From NCBI GenBank assembly GCA_029856435.1, contig JAHQXB010000125.1, forward strand, positions 1 to 32,693: 32,693 nucleotides of DNA. Reading direction: 5' to 3'. The DNA comes from Candidatus Jordarchaeia archaeon (GTDB lineage: Archaea; Asgardarchaeota; Jordiarchaeia; Jordiarchaeales; Jordiarchaeaceae). The number at the start of each line of letters is the position of its first letter. Within the stretch, counting starts at the first letter, position 1. Below, in pieces: positions 17,162-25,967 of this stretch. The position numbers and the translations under genes are program-made. A model generated the notes under the pieces. It had not been told where the DNA came from. It saw nothing but the letters and a program-made list of their open reading frames with translations, and made no database searches.

Positions 17162-18412
17162 TTATGGTGGGGCTCGAAACAAGTAGACTTTGACTTCCTC
17201 TCCTTCTTCGATGAATTGTACTTCTGATCCTATCTCTATGTATCCCTGCGACAGGGCTAGTGTAGTTATGGCTTCGGAGCCTGTAGGAACTGGATAAGCT
17301 ACAAGCTTTTCTTTTTCCAGTTGAAGTCGGACTGGTTGGAAATTTAATCTTCCCCTTTCAGAGTAAATTCTCTTTCCAGTTACTGCTTTGACTTGTGGTC
17401 TACTGGTGGGAGGGAGGCCTGCCCACCTTCTAATTTGTGGGTCTACAAGAGTGTAGTATACCATAAGTGCCGATGTGGGGTATCCAGGTAACATAAAGAC
17501 TGGTTTTCCATTGTATGCTGCTACTGCTGTTGGTTTTCCTGGTTTTATTGATATTCCATGTATCAGAAAGTCTGGTTTGCTCACCTCACTGAGTGCTGTT
17601 GGCACGGTGTCGCCTGGACCCTTTGAGGTTCCTCCCGAAAATATGGCAATATCCGCGTTTACTAGGGAGTATTTAATGGATTTTATTAATTCCTCTTTAT
17701 CGTCTGGTATGATCCCCCTATATATGGGGGATCCGCCTGATTGTTTGACGGCTTGTGTTATGGTGACTGAGTTAATGTCGTAGATTTTTCCGTATTCCAG
17801 TTTAGAGCCTGGAGTTATTATTTCGTTTCCGGTGCTGGCGACTGTCACCAATGGTTTGGAGTAAACATTTACTTCTGTAACGCCGGTTGCCGAGATTACC
17901 CCCAAATCTTGGATGCTTAGCACGGTTCCTTTGCTCAATATTTTCTGCTCTTTTCTTATGTCGCGGCCGATTTTAACCACATTCTCCTCGGGAGACACAG
18001 GTCGGTAAATTCGCACTTGGTCATCTTCCTCCTCGGTGTACTCTACCATTACAACAGCATCCGCGCCTTCTGGTATGGGTGCTCCTGTGGCTATTTTAAC
18101 GCATCCACCTTCTTCTACGTGTAGATTACTCTTTTCTCCCGCTTTTATTTCTCCCAAAATTCTCAGAATTTTCGCCTCCTCCTCTTCCGCCCCGAAGGTG
18201 TCACTTGCCCTAACTGCATACCCATCTCTTGCGGCTCTTTGAAAGTGGGGTACATCAATTGGTGAAAAGAAGTCTTCAGCAAGAACTCGCCCCAAAGCCT
18301 CATTTATGCTAATTTTTTCAATTTTCCTCTTTATGCTTATTTTGGACAAGGCTTGAATCACGTCTTGGAGAGAAGTTGTGGTGTAAAAACTCTTCTTAGC
18401 TTCCTCTCTCAT
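17162..18412 (-). CDS. moeA: Molybdopterin metal insertase MoeA, paralog 2
   Basis: ALGRVLAED, ARDGYAV, STGNEI, SGGTSKG, IKPGKP, LPGYPTS. Confidence 0.93.
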   Translation of the reverse strand: MREEAKKSFYTTTSLQDVIQALSKISIKRKIEKISINEALGRVLAEDFFSPIDVPHFQRAARDGYAVRASDTFGAEEEEAKILRILGEIKAGEKSNLHVEEGGCVKIATGAPIPEGADAVVMVEYTEEEDDQVRIYRPVSPEENVVKIGRDIRKEQKILSKGTVLSIQDLGVISATGVTEVNVYSKPLVTVASTGNEIITPGSKLEYGKIYDINSVTITQAVKQSGGSPIYRGIIPDDKEELIKSIKYSLVNADIAIFSGGTSKGPGDTVPTALSEVSKPDFLIHGISIKPGKPTAVAAYNGKPVFMLPGYPTSALMVYYTLVDPQIRRWAGLPPTSRPQVKAVTGKRIYSERGRLNFQPVRLQLEKEKLVAYPVPTGSEAITTLALSQGYIEIGSEVQFIEEGEEVKVYLFRAPP

Positions 18413-18426
18413 TCTTTGTCTCCTCT

Positions 18427-19683
18427 TTACACTACGATGTGGGGGAAAAGGGCAACTCTTACAATTTCCCCCTCATTTATACCCTCCACATTTTCTGGAA
18501 TTTCCACAATTCCATCGGCGTTTACCATACTACTTATTACCCCTGAACCGCCTACCCTTATGGGCAATGCTAGTACGCCCTCCCGGGTTTCCTCTATTTT
18601 GACGCGGACAAAATCCCGTCTGCCCAGAGTTGAAGCAACTTTCTTGGACATCTTTGCCTCAACAAATATGCGGGGATCCAGTTTTTCGGCTCCCAGCATT
18701 TTTCTTATGGTGGGCGCAACAAAGACTGTAAAGGCGATCATGGTTGCCACCGGATAGCCTGGTAGACTAAAAATTGGTTTACCGTTGAGGAATGCGGCAG
18801 CCGTAGGACTCCCCGGCTTCATAGCCACTCCGTGAAAAATTAACTCCCCCCTCTTTTTTAGAAGATCTGGAGTGTAATCATATTTTCCCACTGAGGTTCC
18901 GCCTGAAAAAACTCCCATATCATATTTTAAGACTTCATCTATGGCCTTTTCAAGCTCTTCCGGTCGGTCCGGGTATATCCCAAGAATCTTAGGTTCGCCA
19001 CCATAGACTCTCACAAGAGAAGCCAGGGTATAACTATTGGTGCAAACAACCTTTCCCACATCGGGAGTAGTGTAAATATCAACAAGTTCGCTACCGGTGG
19101 AAACAATTGCTACTTGAGGTTTTTTCGTCACCTTGACTTCCGTAATTCCACATTGTAGGAGCATTGCCTCCTCTTGGGGTCTTACCTGTTTACCACTACT
19201 TATAATTTTTTGACCCATTTTCACATCCTCTCCAACCCTAGAAATGTTTTGGCCGGGTGTTACCGGACTGTAAACTTCTACCTCATCATTGATACGCTTA
19301 GTGTATTCAACCATAACTACGGCGTCAGCCTCTGGAGGTATAGGGGCTCCGGTAGCGATTTGAGCCGCCCACCCCCTAGACACTTTAATGCTGGGCGGTC
19401 TTCCCACAACCACTTCCCCTACCACCTTGAGTTTGATGGGATTATGCTGGCTGGCGCCGAAGGTGTCCCGTGCTATCACGGCGTAGCCATCCATAGCAGA
19501 CCTATCAAAGTGTGGAATATTTCTCGGAGAATAAATATCCTCATAGATTATTCTTCCCAAAGATTCTGTTACCGGAATTATCTCCGGCTCTAACCTCTTA
19601 ATTCTGCTGATTATCCTGTTTAGCGCTTCATTAACTAGGGTGTACTCAGCAAAACCTCTCATACGAGTGCTGAACTCATCCAA
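18427..19683 (-). CDS. moeA: Molybdopterin metal insertase MoeA, paralog 1
   Basis: FDRSAMDGYAV, STGSELV, SGGTSVG, MKPGSP, LPGYPVA. Confidence 0.94.
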   Translation of the reverse strand: MDEFSTRMRGFAEYTLVNEALNRIISRIKRLEPEIIPVTESLGRIIYEDIYSPRNIPHFDRSAMDGYAVIARDTFGASQHNPIKLKVVGEVVVGRPPSIKVSRGWAAQIATGAPIPPEADAVVMVEYTKRINDEVEVYSPVTPGQNISRVGEDVKMGQKIISSGKQVRPQEEAMLLQCGITEVKVTKKPQVAIVSTGSELVDIYTTPDVGKVVCTNSYTLASLVRVYGGEPKILGIYPDRPEELEKAIDEVLKYDMGVFSGGTSVGKYDYTPDLLKKRGELIFHGVAMKPGSPTAAAFLNGKPIFSLPGYPVATMIAFTVFVAPTIRKMLGAEKLDPRIFVEAKMSKKVASTLGRRDFVRVKIEETREGVLALPIRVGGSGVISSMVNADGIVEIPENVEGINEGEIVRVALFPHIVV

Positions 19684-19684
19684 A

Positions 19685-20245
19685 CTACTTTTCCTCCTTG
19701 GAGTCTTTGGAAATTTTAGTTTTCATGTGGCTGATAATATGTTCTATTTCTGGAAGAATTAAACTGGTGAGGGCAGTGTGCACGGCGTTAGGTGATCCCG
19801 GTAAACAAAAAATCACCGCACCTTTATAGGTTCCCGCCTCGGCCCTAGTTAACATGGCGGCTGTCCCAATATCCTTGTAGCTCTCGAATCTGAAGATTTC
19901 CCCGAATCCAGGTATCCTCTTCTCAAACAGGGGAGTAATGGTTTCTATGGTTACATCTCTGGGTGAGAGGCCGGTTCCTCCGCTGGTTATTATTACCAAT
20001 ATTCTCCTTCCTACAAATTCGTTAAGAGATTTAATTATGAGTTGGGGTTCGTCAGGAACGATAGAAACTGAAGCCAGCTTGTGGCCCGCTTCTTCTATTA
20101 GCTTCCTCGCTATGGCGGTTGTTTCATCAGTGCTTTTTGCGCCAGTTTGAATTTCCCGGTAGCGTGTATCGCTGATCACTATTAATCCAAAGTCTAGAGT
20201 CCCAACTGGTACTCTGTGTTTTTCATGGGTGCTTTTGGGTTTCAT
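19685..20245 (-). CDS. moaB: Molybdopterin adenylyltransferase MoaB/Mog
   Basis: VISDTR, IVPDE, TSGGTGLSPRDVT, IPGFGEIFR, LPGSP. Confidence 0.92.
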   Translation of the reverse strand: MKPKSTHEKHRVPVGTLDFGLIVISDTRYREIQTGAKSTDETTAIARKLIEEAGHKLASVSIVPDEPQLIIKSLNEFVGRRILVIITSGGTGLSPRDVTIETITPLFEKRIPGFGEIFRFESYKDIGTAAMLTRAEAGTYKGAVIFCLPGSPNAVHTALTSLILPEIEHIISHMKTKISKDSKEEK

Positions 20246-20711
20246 GTTGTTCTCTACCTTGACTATTTTTTGTTGGCTGTTTAGTTTTACTCACCACCCT
20301 AATTTCCTCTATTTCTGTGTCGGGGTACTGTCCTTCTTGGTCTTTTTCGTAGGGTTTAACCATGTCCCAAACTGTGAGTAGGGCAACAGAAGTTGCAACA
20401 AGTGCCTCCATTTCTACGCCTGTTTTGGACAACGACTGTACTGTGGATTCTACTGTAACCGTACTATTTCCAACAGAGATTTGGACATCAACTTTGGTTA
20501 TTGGAATAGGGTGACATAAAGGTATTATCTCTGGGGTTTTTTTGGCTGCCAGAATACCCGCTATCTGGGCAGTGGTGACGACATCACCCTTCCCCAAAGT
20601 TTTTTCCCTAATTCTTTGGATAGTTTCAGGCTTAAGTTTGATGGCGCCTCTCGCAGTTGCAATACGCAGAACATCTTCTTTACCACTAATGTCGGCCATA
20701 TCAATACTCAA
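20223..20711 (-). CDS. moaC: Cyclic pyranopterin monophosphate synthase MoaC
   Basis: MADISGK, AAKKTPEIIPLCHP, TGVEMEAL, WDMVK. Confidence 0.95.
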   Translation of the reverse strand: MSIDMADISGKEDVLRIATARGAIKLKPETIQRIREKTLGKGDVVTTAQIAGILAAKKTPEIIPLCHPIPITKVDVQISVGNSTVTVESTVQSLSKTGVEMEALVATSVALLTVWDMVKPYEKDQEGQYPDTEIEEIRVVSKTKQPTKNSQGREQHETQKHP

Positions 20712-20845
20712 AATGTTCCATCCTCCATATACGCCTCTTAAACCTAGAAAACCATAACATCAGTTAAATAAAAAGTATTCTAACGCCCTTTTATTATATT
20801 TCACTTAGATTTTTGAGGAAAATGGTTATCCTTTTATTGAGAAGA

Positions 20846-20865
20846 GGTTATTACGTTTAATAACC
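20846..20865. promoter_or_regulatory. Perfect inverted repeat in the moaC/mobB divergent promoter region
   Basis: GGTTATTA-CGTT-TAATAACC. Confidence 0.55.
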
Positions 20866-20909
20866 ATTAAAGTTTCGATTGCAGGTAATTCTAAGTTGGG
20901 AGGAATAAT

Positions 20910-21692
20910 ATGATTTTCCAAATAGTTGGCTACCAGAGACACGTGGGCAAAACGTCTACAGCGGTTAGTTTAATTCAAGAGTTTAAAAAGAGAGGGTTTC
21001 GAGTTGCCGCCATAAAACATTCTCACAAATATGACGTCAGCCAAGACACTAGGGGAGCGCTGGGCTCGAAAGACACGGAAAGATATTTGGAGGCGGGGGC
21101 AGATGTTTGTGGAGCGATTACAGATAGCAGCCTAGTTTTGATAACTCCCGAAAATTCTCTTAATTGGGCCTTAAATATGGTGGCTCCCTTTTCTGACATA
21201 GTAATTTTGGAGGGATTCCGAGAGGAGCGCCGTCCAAGAATAATCGTGGCGGAATCAGCAGACCAATTTTTTGAGCTCTATGTTGAAAACCTAGTGGTGG
21301 CGGTCACTGGCGTTATCGCAGAGAATGAGAGCGAAAAAGAGAAGGTTAAGGGGGCTTATCCTAATATCCCCATAGTTTCTAAAGCATCAGAGTTAGCTGA
21401 TCTTTTACTCTCCAGATTTGTGGATGAAGTGATTAGCCGGCTAGAAAAGAAAACTTGTGCGGTGTGCGGTTATCCAAACTGTGACGAATACGCCAAAGCA
21501 CTAATAAGGGGAGAGGCCAAGCTATCCGCATGTCCTCAAAATGTGGCTCAAACAGTTTTATATGTTAATAACAAGAGAATTGCCATTAATCCCTTCGTAC
21601 AGAGAATTATCAGCGCCACAATTCAAGGAATGCTATCCACTCTAAAAAACATAGACAAACTCGAGAACATTTCTATCCACATAAAAAGTTGA
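20910..21692 (+). CDS. mobB: MobB-like P-loop protein with a C-terminal Fe-S domain
   Basis: GKTS P-loop, VAAIKHSH, KDTERY..AGA, VILEGF, and the Cys cluster CAVCGYPNC...CP. Confidence 0.85.
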   Translation: MIFQIVGYQRHVGKTSTAVSLIQEFKKRGFRVAAIKHSHKYDVSQDTRGALGSKDTERYLEAGADVCGAITDSSLVLITPENSLNWALNMVAPFSDIVILEGFREERRPRIIVAESADQFFELYVENLVVAVTGVIAENESEKEKVKGAYPNIPIVSKASELADLLLSRFVDEVISRLEKKTCAVCGYPNCDEYAKALIRGEAKLSACPQNVAQTVLYVNNKRIAINPFVQRIISATIQGMLSTLKNIDKLENISIHIKS

Positions 21693-21774
21693 GCATCAAG
21701 TGAATCAAATGAAAAAGGTAACTTAAAAGATGTTTTTTGCTTCTTTATGCAGTAAGGTAAGGAGACGGGAACAG

Positions 21775-22587
21775 TTGCGATACGCCGTTAGGCTGGCGTA
21801 TATCGGCGAGAACTACTCTGGTTTCCAGAGGCAACCCAATATGAAAACGGTTGAAGGCACAGTTATCGAAGCCTTAAGAAAGGTAGGATGGATTGAAGAT
21901 GAAGAAAAAGCAAACTATAACCATGCGGGACGCACGGACCAAGGTGTGAACGCCCTCAGCCAGACCATTGCCTTCAACACTTCAGAAAAAATTATTTTAC
22001 CGGCTTTAAACAACAGCCTCCCCAGAGATATATGCTGCTGGGCTTACGCTTCCGTTGCCGAATCCTTTGATCCGCGCAGAGATGCTCTGCTCCGCACATA
22101 TAAGTACTATGCCATTTACGAAGGAGAAAACTTACGAGTAATGAAGAAGGCGGCATCCCTACTTAAGGGAACACATGACTTTAAAAACCTGTGCACTCCC
22201 AAACCGAACAGAAGAACCATTAGAACCCTACTTGAATCAAAAATCGAAAAAAGAGGAGACCTACTCATTTTCACCTTCTCTTCCAAAGGATTCCTAAGGA
22301 AAATGGTAAGAAAAATGGTCACCGCCCTACGAAAAATCGGCTCTGGCGAGAAAAACCTGCAATATTTAAAGGATTTGTTAAACCCAAATTATGAGCCTAG
22401 AGGAGGAGTTGCCCCCGCGGAGCCAAGCGGACTAATACTCTTTGACATAAAGTATCCCTTCGATTTTCTCGTAGATGAAGTCAGCAGAAAAATATTTTTA
22501 AAAACTTTGTATAAAAACTACATTCACGAGAGGATAAAAGCCCAGATTTGCAAAGTCATAATTTCCGAGCTTGAAAAGGCGAGCTAA
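21775..22587 (+). CDS. truA: tRNA pseudouridine(38-40) synthase TruA
   Basis: YSGFQRQP, AGRTD (catalytic Asp), GTHDFKN, FLRKMVR. Probable TTG start at 21775; the ORF track starts at 21730. Confidence 0.93.
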   Translation: MRYAVRLAYIGENYSGFQRQPNMKTVEGTVIEALRKVGWIEDEEKANYNHAGRTDQGVNALSQTIAFNTSEKIILPALNNSLPRDICCWAYASVAESFDPRRDALLRTYKYYAIYEGENLRVMKKAASLLKGTHDFKNLCTPKPNRRTIRTLLESKIEKRGDLLIFTFSSKGFLRKMVRKMVTALRKIGSGEKNLQYLKDLLNPNYEPRGGVAPAEPSGLILFDIKYPFDFLVDEVSRKIFLKTLYKNYIHERIKAQICKVIISELEKAS

Positions 22588-22589
22588 AC

Positions 22590-23846
22590 CTAGCTCTTCA
22601 GCTCCTTCATTATCTTGTTGTAGGTCTTCTTATCACCTGAAATTTCTTCAATTAATTCCTCCTCAAACTCAAAAAATCTACATATTTTAGCAGCCCTCTT
22701 AGGATCAGCCTGGAAAATCACCTTCAAATAGGGAAGATAATACTCTACTCCTTCCAAAGAGGAGGCGTGACACTTCGCCCCTATCTTATTCCCAATGAGC
22801 GATAATTTGTCGCGAATGGATTTGGTTCTGCTCAGATTCCTTATCCAGGTTGGAAACTGATACTTAACATAGCCGGGTCTGCTAACTGTCCTTGATAGAG
22901 AAACACCAGCTGACATAAGCTCAAAAACATAGGAAAGTAAACCCCAGTGCTGCCTATTTTTAATTCGGCCCAAAAAAACGTCGGCCCTAGATATCATATT
23001 ATATGCCTCGCTTAATTCTTTTGCATCGCTCATATGTTGGGAAATGTTTTCGTTAATCCAGTGCATCATCATCTCGTAATCCACATCAGTTGAGGAAACT
23101 TCGTCCACAATCGCTCGGGCGTTGCTTTCCTTAAAAATTTTAGCTAACACTTCAAATATGCTTTTCATTTTGTCTCGCGAGTATACCTCTACATCTTCCA
23201 ATGTTAATTCTGCCTTGTTCTGGCCAAGGGCTTGTAAATCGTTAATTGCTGCACGCAAATCCCCCTCCGCATTATTTGCTATAGCTTCCAAAACCTGTTC
23301 CTCTACACGAATCCCCTCCTGATCACATATTCTTCTTAGGACTTTTACAATGGTAGGAGTACGTATCTTGTTGAAGGACACCATTTCACAGTACTGTCGT
23401 AAGGATGAGAACTTGAGATCCCAAGGATTATTTGCGGTTAGCACAACAGGATACTCAGTATTCCTAATTACTGATATTATGGCCCCCACTCCTCCCCTGT
23501 CCTCAGATCCACTCAGCCCATCTACCTCATCTATCAGCAACACTTTACCTTTTACCGGAAAAAGAGTGCTCATAGTTGACGCTGAGCCAACAGTGCGTTG
23601 AACCATCTCCAAGTTTCTCTTGTCACTTGCATTCACTTCAACAACTTCCAAATCCAAATCTTTGGCTACAGCATAAACAGAAACAGTCTTACCATTACCG
23701 GGAGGACCGTGGAGAAGTATGGCCTTCTTATCCCTATCTCTCCTCCAGCCCTTCAAAAAATTTAGCAACTGAGAGACCGCCTGATCGTTACCCACAACCT
23801 GTGATGTTTTTAGTGGCTTGTACTTCTCAGTCCAAGGTAAACTCAT
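22590..23846 (-). CDS. rfcL: Replication factor C large subunit
   Basis: PWTEKYKP, GPPGNGKT, EVNASDKR, IDEVDG, GDLRAAINDLQ. Confidence 0.93.
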   Translation of the reverse strand: MSLPWTEKYKPLKTSQVVGNDQAVSQLLNFLKGWRRDRDKKAILLHGPPGNGKTVSVYAVAKDLDLEVVEVNASDKRNLEMVQRTVGSASTMSTLFPVKGKVLLIDEVDGLSGSEDRGGVGAIISVIRNTEYPVVLTANNPWDLKFSSLRQYCEMVSFNKIRTPTIVKVLRRICDQEGIRVEEQVLEAIANNAEGDLRAAINDLQALGQNKAELTLEDVEVYSRDKMKSIFEVLAKIFKESNARAIVDEVSSTDVDYEMMMHWINENISQHMSDAKELSEAYNMISRADVFLGRIKNRQHWGLLSYVFELMSAGVSLSRTVSRPGYVKYQFPTWIRNLSRTKSIRDKLSLIGNKIGAKCHASSLEGVEYYLPYLKVIFQADPKRAAKICRFFEFEEELIEEISGDKKTYNKIMKELKS

Positions 23847-23856
23847 AAAATCACCA

Positions 23857-24843
23857 TTATTTGCCTTGAGTCTTCCCTAATTCTTGTCCCACTAGGCTGA
23901 ACTGGGCGAGTAGTGCGCTTAGCTGAATCTCCTCATGTGCCCCCTCACTCATGCGGAAATCAATCTCTCCAACTATGTCTGCTATGCGTACCTTCCATAT
24001 TTCTGGAATGTTAATGTTAAAGGTTTCCCTATGTACCTGCCTGACCACATCAATTCCCGATAGACCATAGTTTATCAAAAGCTCATGTAATTTTTTTCTA
24101 GCCTGCACAAAATCGCCACTTAAAGCTAATTCCAACATCTGCCTAACCTCCTCGGGCCTCGCCTTCCCGGTAACTTTGTAAACCGAGTCCGCATCAACTG
24201 CTACGCCCAAGGCAGAGGCTGCCTGAAGAGTGTTAATAGCCTTGCGCAAGTCTCCCTCAGAAACATACAAAACCGCCTCAACTCCATCATCCTTAAGCTC
24301 TACTCCCTCATTTTTCGAGATGAATTTAAGCATGCCAACGATGTCCTCTTTACTAAGGCGGGAGAAACGAAACAAGGCACACCTTGACTGGATAGGCTCA
24401 ATTATCTTGCTTGAATAATTTACAATCAAAATAAAGCGACAAGTACGAGTGTAGCGTTCCATGGTACGCCTTAGAGCCTGTTGCGCCTCCGATGTGAGGG
24501 CATCAGCTTCGTCCAGAACCAGAATCTTAAAGGGGATATCTCCAAGTGACATAGTTCTCGCAAAATCCTTTACCGTTGTTCTTATTACATCGATTCCCCT
24601 AGCATCGCTAGCATTCAATTCAAGAAAATTACCATAGAAATATTCCCGGAATAAGTCGTGAGCCAAACAAAGAGCCGCCGTGGTCTTACCTGTGCCAGGG
24701 GGGCCTGCAAATAGACAGTGGGGAAGATCCTTTTGAGCCACAAATCCTTCAAGGCGACTCACAATCTCCTTCTGATTAACTATTTCCTTCAAAGTTTTGG
24801 GCCTATATTTCTCAGTCCACATCTGAATTTCTTCACTCAACAT
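23857..24843 (-). CDS. rfcS: Replication factor C small subunit
   Basis: WTEKYRP, GPPGTGKT, LELNASD, LDEAD, SRC motif. No intein. Confidence 0.96.
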   Translation of the reverse strand: MLSEEIQMWTEKYRPKTLKEIVNQKEIVSRLEGFVAQKDLPHCLFAGPPGTGKTTAALCLAHDLFREYFYGNFLELNASDARGIDVIRTTVKDFARTMSLGDIPFKILVLDEADALTSEAQQALRRTMERYTRTCRFILIVNYSSKIIEPIQSRCALFRFSRLSKEDIVGMLKFISKNEGVELKDDGVEAVLYVSEGDLRKAINTLQAASALGVAVDADSVYKVTGKARPEEVRQMLELALSGDFVQARKKLHELLINYGLSGIDVVRQVHRETFNINIPEIWKVRIADIVGEIDFRMSEGAHEEIQLSALLAQFSLVGQELGKTQGK

Positions 24844-25130
24844 TTGCACCGCCTGTTAATGGTCACTTTATACCATACCCAGAGTTTTTATAACAACCCT
24901 CCAAACCAGAATGAACGGTAAGGGCTCGATATACTGTGACATACTTAATTTTAAAAAACTTTGTATAAACTCCACTCCTTACCCCAATAATCCCCCTTTA
25001 AAATTAAAGAAAAAAAATAGTCCAATCACAAATCAGACCATTCAGTTACCTCCCTGAACATTTGTTCACCCTTTCTGGAAAAAATTAAATATCTGATTAC
25101 AAAAAATTGTTACAGGTGGTGCTATATACT

Positions 25131-25574
25131 TTGGCAATAGACAAGATAGATAAGGCGATACTAAAAGAGATACTTAAAAACTCAAGACAGTCACACAGAG
25201 AGATAGCCAAAAAAATTGGAGTATCAGTGGGAACCGTAGTCTCTAGAACCAAAAAAATGGAAGAAGAGGGAATAATCAAAGGATACACGGCGATTCTAGA
25301 CTATGAAAAGCTGGGATACGACTTAACAGTGGTAACCGAAATAACGGTTTCCCAAGGCAAACTACTAGAAGTAGATAGAGAAATTTCCCAAAACCCCCAC
25401 ACAGTCGCAGTCTACGACGTAACTGGAACCGTAGACGCAATCATCATTGCCAAATTTAAAAACAGGAATGAACTAAGCAACTTTACGAAAAGTTTACTAT
25501 CAATCCCCTACGTGGAAAGAACCAACACCCACGTAGTTCTAAACACCATAAAAGAAAACTTTGAAATACTATAA
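25131..25574 (+). CDS. Lrp/AsnC-family transcriptional regulator
   Basis: IDKIDKAIL...HREIAKKIGVSVGTV...GIIKGY and a RAM domain with VYDVTG. TTG start at 25131 after AGGTGG. Confidence 0.92.
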   Translation: MAIDKIDKAILKEILKNSRQSHREIAKKIGVSVGTVVSRTKKMEEEGIIKGYTAILDYEKLGYDLTVVTEITVSQGKLLEVDREISQNPHTVAVYDVTGTVDAIIIAKFKNRNELSNFTKSLLSIPYVERTNTHVVLNTIKENFEIL

Positions 25575-25609
25575 AACATGGTTTCCCGTTTCCCGAAAAT
25601 ATATCGCTT

Positions 25610-25624
25610 CACAAAAATTTTGTG
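25610..25624. promoter_or_regulatory. 15-bp palindrome with an AT-rich centre (Lrp-type box)
   Basis: CACAAAA-A-TTTTGTG between lrp and glnA. Confidence 0.4.
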
Positions 25625-25967
25625 GTGCTTTTGGATATCTGTTGTCTTTCTTTAGTGCGCGGAAAAAGGATTTTTTGAACTTCTGTCAAAAGAGACTTAA
25701 GATGAGTAGTGGTTGGTTGTTTCGGACGAAAAAAAATTTAGTACCATTTTAAGCCGTTCCTCACACACAGTGTCGTTTTTTATTCTTTTGTGCCTCGAAT
25801 AATTGGAGGTTTTTGGTCCTGTAGCCCTGGGAAATTATTGAATATTTGTCTACTAAATGACTCATAAAAGGGAACATTTATATATAAAAAAGATAGAAAT
25901 ATTTATAAATATAAAAGATTTGATTATGTTAATCAACAAGTATACAACTTTTTAGAGAGGCGAAAGA

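Noticed and set aside
22590-24843. Inteins in RFC subunits
   Set aside because: Both proteins have normal lengths and uninterrupted motifs.
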